Shown here one piece after another: positions 8,429 through 14,888 of a stretch of DNA of 20,263 nt. The position numbers and the translations under genes are program-made. The stretch spans positions 1 to 20,263 of the forward strand of contig RDOE01000057.1 in assembly GCA_011364975.1 (NCBI GenBank). The letters are read 5' to 3'. The notes under the pieces were generated by a model. The model was given only the letters and a program-made list of their open reading frames with translations, had not been told where the DNA came from and searched no databases. This stretch comes from Promethearchaeota archaeon. Its GTDB lineage: Archaea; Asgardarchaeota; Lokiarchaeia; Sigyniarchaeales; SOKP01. The number at the start of each line of letters is the position of its first letter. Position 1 is the stretch's first letter.

Positions 8429-9214
8429 CTACGGATTAATTTTTATACTTTTTTGATTTTTTGAATTAGTTATATTTTTGTTTTCTATTAAATTGATTAA
8501 TTCTTGGAAAGAATCGATTAATAAAGATGGCTTAGCTTCAAAAAGGATTTCTCGATTGCTTACCCCACTAGCAATTGCAATAGTCCAAACTCCAGCTTCG
8601 TTTCCTGCGATAATATCGGAAGGCATATCTCCTATCATTACAAATTCACTAAGTTTACATGATTTGTACGATTTAAAAACAATAGATAAGGAATTAGGGT
8701 CTGGCTTAAGAGCTGGAATCAGATCTGCTCCATAAATGCCCTTGAAAAAGCTTTTAACTCTTTGCTCTTCTAAATGAGGTAAAATATTTTTTGTTTGGTT
8801 ATGCGAAACTATAAAAAAATCGAAATTTTTTTTGTACTTTTTAATAAATTCATAAGCATCAGGATAAAAGGGAGCATCTTTTGCATAAGTTAAATATTTT
8901 GAAAAGATCTTAATCGCAATTCGTAATTTCTTAAGATACGTGATATTTTGTAAAGATGAAATATATTTGAACATTTCATAGGACTCTAATAGTATCTTAG
9001 GTAATGGATAGCTTTGGATTGTCTCCATAAGAGCTCCTATTTCTTGGATTGTAATATCAGTATCCGCAATTATCTTTTTTTCTTGATACACCTCTTCTAC
9101 AGAATTACGTAGAGATTCTCTGATATCTAATATTGTTCCATCGAAATCAAATATAATTCCACGTATATTTCCATTTTGAAGCTGTTTTATTAATTGATTG
9201 TTCTCAAGCGTCAT
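8429..9214 (-). CDS. HAD-superfamily phosphatase (subfamily IA, Gph/PpaX-like)
   Basis: Motif I FDFDGT, motif II IVSHN, motif III KPDP and motif IV GDMPSD..AG..AG. A 13-nt gap to the acyltransferase suggests an operon. Confidence 0.9.
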   Translation of the reverse strand: MTLENNQLIKQLQNGNIRGIIFDFDGTILDIRESLRNSVEEVYQEKKIIADTDITIQEIGALMETIQSYPLPKILLESYEMFKYISSLQNITYLKKLRIAIKIFSKYLTYAKDAPFYPDAYEFIKKYKKNFDFFIVSHNQTKNILPHLEEQRVKSFFKGIYGADLIPALKPDPNSLSIVFKSYKSCKLSEFVMIGDMPSDIIAGNEAGVWTIAIASGVSNREILFEAKPSLLIDSFQELINLIENKNITNSKNQKSIKINP

Positions 9215-9338
9215 TATTAATGTCGTAAAAATATAACTTCTCTCAACTAAAGTTGAATTATCTTTACTTAAGTTTCTGTTTATTTAAAAAATTAATCTTT
9301 AAAATAATACGCTAATAAGTATGAAATAAAACTGAACT

Positions 9339-9359
9339 TTCAAGATTTAGGATCTTGAA
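9339..9359. promoter_or_regulatory. Inverted repeat, candidate operator or hairpin in a divergent intergenic region
   Basis: TTCAAGAT-ttagg-ATCTTGAA with perfect 8-bp arms. Confidence 0.4.
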
Positions 9360-9561
9360 CCTCTCAGATCCTATACCTCAAAAATATAACAAAAGGGATA
9401 ACTCTAAAAATATTTAATTTTGAATTAAATTAAGAAGTATTTCAAATAATTCTGAATATTAAGGATTTTATTTTTTTAATTAAAATTCATGAACCTTTTT
9501 AGTTGACATAAATAATAGTTAGGTAGAAATATCCCTTTAAAATTTAATCTAAGGATACTAG

Positions 9562-10500
9562 ATGATTATGGTGGAATCTATTTCTTATCAAGGTGTTAAA
9601 ACTTATCGCAAAATTCTACTTGTAATAATTATCCTTCTACTCTCAATTCCTTTGTTTCATCAAAATAATAATGTTGTAGCTCAAGCAGAAGAAAATCTAG
9701 AAGGTATAGAAGTAAGAGTGTATAATGGTGGTATTGATCCGAAAAATGTAGCAAGTGAAACAGCTTTATTTCATATGTTTCAATGGATGAATGCGAATGT
9801 AGATTGGATTAACGCTCAAGATATTCTTAATGGGGAACTTAAAAACGTAAATTTACTTGCTATGCCCGCAATCTCTCCCTATACAATCAATGATGAATCA
9901 GTGGCTGCTGGGGGAGATCTTTACGAAGTAAGAACTATGATTCAAGAATTCATAACAAACGGTGGAGCTTATTTTGGAATATATGGTGGCTCCTATTTTG
10001 AATGGAGTGGATACCCACTTTTCGATGTACGACTTACTTTTCCAAACCCAAATATATCAAGTGCAGAATATATCGCTGAAATTAACCTAAATCGAGTATC
10101 TGGAATTCCCAATATATCAAATAAGAATGATACTATGTCAATGCTCACATGGAATCCTGGTTATTTCAACTCGTTTGGTGAAACAAAAATAATTGTAATA
10201 GCTACATATCCAGAAAATGGATTACCAGCTATGGTTTGTTTTAATCATGGAAGCGGAAGAGTTTTTATTTCAAGTCCTCATCCTGAACATGAAGAAAATA
10301 GTGAAAGAGATGGAACTACTTTTTATGATTACTTAGATGACCCTGATTCAGAATGGGGCTTACTCCTCACCATTTCAAATTGGTTAGTAGATAAAACAGA
10401 TGTAATTATATTTTGGTCGACTGTAGGTATTTTTGGTAGCGCTTTTATTCTTGGATTAGGTTATTACATGTTAAAGCAAAAGAAAGCGAGAAAAAGTTAA
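9562..10500 (+). CDS. Membrane-anchored BPL_N / class I glutamine amidotransferase-like domain protein
   Basis: N-terminal signal (RKILLVIIILLLS), VRVYNG, IQEFITNGGAYFGIYGGSY, GSGRVFISSPHPEH, and a C-terminal TM helix with a basic tail. Confidence 0.8.
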   Translation: MIMVESISYQGVKTYRKILLVIIILLLSIPLFHQNNNVVAQAEENLEGIEVRVYNGGIDPKNVASETALFHMFQWMNANVDWINAQDILNGELKNVNLLAMPAISPYTINDESVAAGGDLYEVRTMIQEFITNGGAYFGIYGGSYFEWSGYPLFDVRLTFPNPNISSAEYIAEINLNRVSGIPNISNKNDTMSMLTWNPGYFNSFGETKIIVIATYPENGLPAMVCFNHGSGRVFISSPHPEHEENSERDGTTFYDYLDDPDSEWGLLLTISNWLVDKTDVIIFWSTVGIFGSAFILGLGYYMLKQKKARKS

Positions 10501-10612
10501 ATTTTTAAATTTCATTATTTTTCTTTTTTCTTATTCATCCCATATTATTCCATTAATATGTGAATTTTATAAATTATTTGAGCAAAAGATCAATATAGAG
10601 GTTGATCGAATT

Positions 10613-10756
10613 ATGATCGAACAGATCCATTGGGAACAATATCGCCATTCTGAATTTCTTAAAACGCTTCAGGATATGAATTTGAATTATATTAATCTAT
10701 TTTTAAAAAAATCTACTTCTTTAGCTTCCGTAAATCAACATTCCAAGGAAGATTAA
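10613..10756 (+). CDS. Possible unannotated small ORF (47 aa) or gene remnant
   Basis: Reads MIEQIHWEQYRHSEFLKTLQDMNLNYINLFLKKSTSLASVNQHSKED. GAGGT lies 10 nt upstream, and the stretch is less AT-rich than its flanks. Confidence 0.3.
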   Translation: MIEQIHWEQYRHSEFLKTLQDMNLNYINLFLKKSTSLASVNQHSKED

Positions 10757-10770
10757 GACGAACATTATAT

Positions 10771-10800
10771 TTTACATAAATGTAAAGAAAGCTTTATATC
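10771..10800 (+). promoter_or_regulatory. Palindromic site plus BRE/TATA upstream of the SCP2-like gene
   Basis: TTTACAT-aa-ATGTAAA (10771-10786) runs into AAAGAAAG-C-TTTATATC, about 50 nt before the ATG at 10851. Confidence 0.55.
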
Positions 10801-10850
10801 CTTTTAAAATAAATTATTTTAAATAAATACAAAACGTTGATCAAAGAAAA

Positions 10851-11258
10851 ATGAATAGTGAAAGTGCGAATAACATTAAGCAAGGATCTTTTGCGGCTTC
10901 AATTGCAGAGTTATATGAACCTTTAAATGCTAATCTTAAATTTAAAGAAAAATTTAAGGATGATGTATTTAAAATTTTACTGAATCCTAAGGATGGAGAA
11001 ACTGCAGCATTAATTCAAGTCGATAGAGGTTCATTAACTGTCAAGAGTATAGATAATTCAAATAAGAAAAATATTGACCAAAAAACACTTGATTGGGACG
11101 CATTAATGCAAACAACGATTGAAATTTTTAGCGATATAGGCTCTGGTAAGCTTTCTAGCAGTGAAATTGTGAAAAAAGTAGTTACTCGAAAAATTAAAGT
11201 AAAAAATCCTAACTTTTTAACAAAATTAACTGAAATGGGTAATTTGTTAAGAGAATAG
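10851..11258 (+). CDS. SCP2 sterol/lipid-carrier-like domain protein
   Basis: ALIQVDRGSLTV and DALMQTTIEIFSDIGSGKLS...RKIKVKN match the SCP2 pattern (D.tl...f..i..Gkl.......gklkv.G). Confidence 0.7.
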   Translation: MNSESANNIKQGSFAASIAELYEPLNANLKFKEKFKDDVFKILLNPKDGETAALIQVDRGSLTVKSIDNSNKKNIDQKTLDWDALMQTTIEIFSDIGSGKLSSSEIVKKVVTRKIKVKNPNFLTKLTEMGNLLRE

Positions 11259-11499
11259 TTCTAATAAATTTTCTTCTATAAAACTTTTATTTAATCTTAT
11301 TTAGTCTTTTCTGACTATAACCTAATTTTTATTCTCTTTCAATTAAAAAAATCGAATAAAAGTAATTTCATTCTCTCAATAACTTATAATAAATTCTATA
11401 AATTTTTAAATAAATGTACAAATTGATTCAATTCATTTTTAAGAAAGTTTAACTGTAAAAAATCACTTCTGTTATCATTCTAAAGCACTATATTATTTA

Positions 11500-12699
11500 A
11501 TGTTAATGAAACAAAATAAGTTTAAAACATTTCCGATACATATCTTAGCGTTTTTGCGAGTTGCTATTGGAGTTGCCATAGGATTAGCTAATCCGTTATA
11601 TTTCGTTAAAGAGAATTTAGATCCGAATCTTATCGGTATAATAACTTCTGGAACTGCTATGGCTTATCTGTTTTCTCCTTTTATTTTCAGAAATATTCAT
11701 AAAAAGATAGGAATAAAGGCAACGGTCATTATTGCTTCGATTGGGTTTTTAGCGATTCAAGTAGTTCTACAAATTACCAAACATCCCCTTATTGTATATC
11801 TTTTATTAATTCTTGATGGAGTGTTTTTAGGGCTATTTTGGCCTGTCCTAATGGCTGCTATATCAAACATTTCTAACCGAGATGAATACAAGGACAATGA
11901 TCGATTGAAAGACAAATTAATGAAAACCTATAGTTTATCATGGAATTTAGGTGGTATCTTTTGTTATTTATTAGGTGCAGGGATCCTCTTTTTAATTGAG
12001 GAAATTGAATTAATGTATATTTTTGCCCTAATTTTTGCTGTAATAGGATTCCTCATTTCATTATTTATTCAAGAACCATCAATTCAGTTTGATAAAAAAA
12101 TTATTATTCCGATTGATGAAAGAATCAAAGCTTTACCAAAAAGAGAACAAATTCAATTTCCCCTCTTTATACCGCTTTTTATGATAATAATCTATGGGTT
12201 TTTAATTGGGGGCGTAGGGTTAATATATCCTATCAAATCTGAATTATTAGTTTTTCCACTATTCTCAAATTATCTATTTTTCTTTTTTAGAATGATAACA
12301 CAAACTATTATTATCTCGAAATCCATGGATTTTTCGATTAAAATTATAAAACGCCTTATGCCGATTTCCAATTTAGTGGTTGTAATTACATTATTGATGA
12401 TGGGACTAAATCAAAACATTGTTCTTTTTGGCGTTTTATTTGGTTTATTTGGGATTTTCAACTCATTATATTATACATTGGCATTCAAGCTTTTAGTGTT
12501 CCGCAATATTGCAGAAAATACATCAAAATATAGTATATATTTTGAAACAATGATAGGAATAGGTTTTTTCTTTTCACCAATAATCACAGGTATTATTGCT
12601 ACGAATGATGTTAATATATCATTTTACTTGTTAACATTGATATCTTTTATAGGACTTATATTCTTCCTCGTATTAAATAAGAAAATAAAAAGTGAATAA
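11500..12699 (+). CDS. MFS transporter (divergent)
   Basis: About 12 TM segments in a 6+6 arrangement with a central hydrophilic loop. Contains DGVFLGLFWP, YSLSWNLG and GIGFFFSPII. Confidence 0.85.
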   Translation: MLMKQNKFKTFPIHILAFLRVAIGVAIGLANPLYFVKENLDPNLIGIITSGTAMAYLFSPFIFRNIHKKIGIKATVIIASIGFLAIQVVLQITKHPLIVYLLLILDGVFLGLFWPVLMAAISNISNRDEYKDNDRLKDKLMKTYSLSWNLGGIFCYLLGAGILFLIEEIELMYIFALIFAVIGFLISLFIQEPSIQFDKKIIIPIDERIKALPKREQIQFPLFIPLFMIIIYGFLIGGVGLIYPIKSELLVFPLFSNYLFFFFRMITQTIIISKSMDFSIKIIKRLMPISNLVVVITLLMMGLNQNIVLFGVLFGLFGIFNSLYYTLAFKLLVFRNIAENTSKYSIYFETMIGIGFFFSPIITGIIATNDVNISFYLLTLISFIGLIFFLVLNKKIKSE

Positions 12700-12769
12700 T
12701 TGATTTTTCAATAATTTAAAATTATCCTAGATATTTTATATTGCAAATTAATACCAATCACATCTTTAC

Positions 12770-14176
12770 ATGAAAAAAAACAATTCCATAGGCTATAATC
12801 GGATATTTTGGCCAGTTTATTTTTTAAATGGATTCCAAAGTATCGCTTGGGGCGGAATTATTTTCTTAATTGTTCCATTATCAAGATTAATGTGGCCGAA
12901 TGAGCCTTCACATGCATTAGAAATGGGAATTTTAATAACAGCTCTTTCTTGGTCTGCCTCTATTTCTGGACTAGTTTTCGGACACTTTATTGATAAATAT
13001 TCGCGAAAGATGATTATAACAATAATATCAATATTCCGGGGATTAGCTATAATAATGTTGGGATTCGCTTTAGAAGGTGGTGGTTTTACAACTTGGATTT
13101 ATTTTTTAATCTTTGTAAGTCTATTTGGAAGTTTTGCAGGATTGAGTTGGCCAACGGTAATTTCATTATCAAATGATATTGTTCCAAAGGAGTCTCGCTC
13201 GCGTTTTTTTGGTATTTATGAAATCATTAGGTCAATAACCCAGATTCTTGGATTTTTAATTGGGGCTCTTTTGGTGCAAATTGGATTTTGGAGGCAGTAC
13301 TTTTGGGGAACTGGAATTGGTATACTCGTGTTTGGGTTTATCTTCTTTATAAATACTGATGATCCAAAAAGAGGTGCACAACAGGAAGAATTAATGGATA
13401 TTCTCAATCAAAATGATATTGATTATGACTTTCAAATTAATCGTGAGACATTGAAACATACAATGTTAAGTAAAACAAATATTGTTGCTTTAATCGAAGG
13501 TATATTTACTTGGATTCTAATGGGCTCAATAAATTTTCTAATATTAAATTTAATCCAAAATGCCCCTCATAATATCTCAGAATTTTCAACCAGTGTATTT
13601 ATGATTACCTTTGGTTTAACGGGGGGTTTAGTAGGGCAACTAGCGCTTGCTAGATTGAGTGATAAATTAGCTAAAAAACATCCTACTGTAAGGATACCTA
13701 TAATTATTATTGCAATATTAGGAGGGATAATAACATTTGCTCTATTTTTCTTCATTCCATGGCCATATTTAACAGTCGAACAAGGAAAAGATGTAGGCTA
13801 CTTAATGACACTGCCTACAATTTGGCTTATGGGTATTATGTTCTTTTTCTCAAGGTCTATTTTCTCACTGTATATCGTCAATCAAAGCCCAGTTTTACAA
13901 GAAATAAATCTACCAGAAGCCCAAGGAAAAATAGTGTCTTGGAATCAATTCTTAGAAAATTTAGGTAGGGGAATAGGTCCATCATTAAGTGGCTTACTTT
14001 TAGTAGTTACTAACCTGAATTATCAGCTAACTATTTTATTTTTAACATTATGTATCCTTCCAGGAGTAATTTTATGGTTGTTAGCAATTAATTGGTATCC
14101 AAAAGACACTTTTAGAATTAGGAATATACTTTCTGAAAGGGCAGAAATTTTGAAATCTAGAACCGATGGTTTCTAA
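12770..14176 (+). CDS. MFS transporter with Spinster-like features
   Basis: Motif A GHFIDKYSRK, SNDIVPKESRSRFFG, WRQYF, DPKRGAQ after TM6, RLSDKL, and PEAQG..GRGIGP. Confidence 0.9.
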   Translation: MKKNNSIGYNRIFWPVYFLNGFQSIAWGGIIFLIVPLSRLMWPNEPSHALEMGILITALSWSASISGLVFGHFIDKYSRKMIITIISIFRGLAIIMLGFALEGGGFTTWIYFLIFVSLFGSFAGLSWPTVISLSNDIVPKESRSRFFGIYEIIRSITQILGFLIGALLVQIGFWRQYFWGTGIGILVFGFIFFINTDDPKRGAQQEELMDILNQNDIDYDFQINRETLKHTMLSKTNIVALIEGIFTWILMGSINFLILNLIQNAPHNISEFSTSVFMITFGLTGGLVGQLALARLSDKLAKKHPTVRIPIIIIAILGGIITFALFFFIPWPYLTVEQGKDVGYLMTLPTIWLMGIMFFFSRSIFSLYIVNQSPVLQEINLPEAQGKIVSWNQFLENLGRGIGPSLSGLLLVVTNLNYQLTILFLTLCILPGVILWLLAINWYPKDTFRIRNILSERAEILKSRTDGF

Positions 14177-14343
14177 TCATTTTAAAAGAGTTTATATGTT
14201 AGATATGAACTTATATTAAAGGATTTCTCTCTGTGGTAATTTATTTATAAATTTTTGCAATTACTATGTATTATTATTAAGAAAATTCATGTTATATCTA
14301 ATAAATTAAATTTTATTAGAATGATCCAAATTATTATCGGGAA

Positions 14344-14883
14344 ATGAACATTCAAGAAGATTATAAAAGATATAAAGTATGTATTTTTGGAGATGGAGGG
14401 GTTGGAAAAACCTCATTAACTCATCGATTTCTTGAAGGTGTGTTTAAAGAGACTTATCAATTAACTATTGGTATGGATTTTTATATTAAGAAACTCGATA
14501 TTGATGGAAAAAAAATTTCATTACAAATCTGGGATTTTGCTGGTGAAGAAAAGTTTCGCTTTTTGCTCCCAGGCGCAGTCTCAGGGGCTGATGGCTGCAT
14601 TTTTATGTTTGATCTAACGAGATACAATACTTTCAAAAATTTAATTAATTGGCTATCCATTTTTAATGAAGTTAATGAAAAAGAAAAACAAAATCCCTCT
14701 ACCATATTAGTTGGTAATAAATTAGACCTTGATGGATTAAGATCTATAAATGTTGATGAAGCAAATAAATTTGCCAAACATAGTAAATTTCAAGCTTATA
14801 TTGAAAGTTCCTCTAAAACTGGTAAAAATATTGATGAAATATTCAATCAATTAAGCAAAATGATGTTAAAAAATCCAAATTAA
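14344..14883 (+). CDS. Rab/Ras-like small GTPase
   Basis: G1 GDGGVGKT, G2 LTIGMDF, G3 WDFAGE, G4 NKLD and G5 SSK. No C-terminal Cys prenylation motif. Confidence 0.95.
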   Translation: MNIQEDYKRYKVCIFGDGGVGKTSLTHRFLEGVFKETYQLTIGMDFYIKKLDIDGKKISLQIWDFAGEEKFRFLLPGAVSGADGCIFMFDLTRYNTFKNLINWLSIFNEVNEKEKQNPSTILVGNKLDLDGLRSINVDEANKFAKHSKFQAYIESSSKTGKNIDEIFNQLSKMMLKNPN

Positions 14884-14888
14884 TAAAA

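Noticed and set aside
1242-8735. ORF-track entries 1242-1454, 4491-4859, 6135-6413, 7727-8035 and 8478-8735
   Set aside because: They are antisense shadows overlapping well-supported genes and have no recognisable motifs.
10602-10628. Short TGATCGAA direct repeat and GATC cluster
   Set aside because: There are only two 8-bp copies, overlapping a possible small ORF start, which is compatible with chance.
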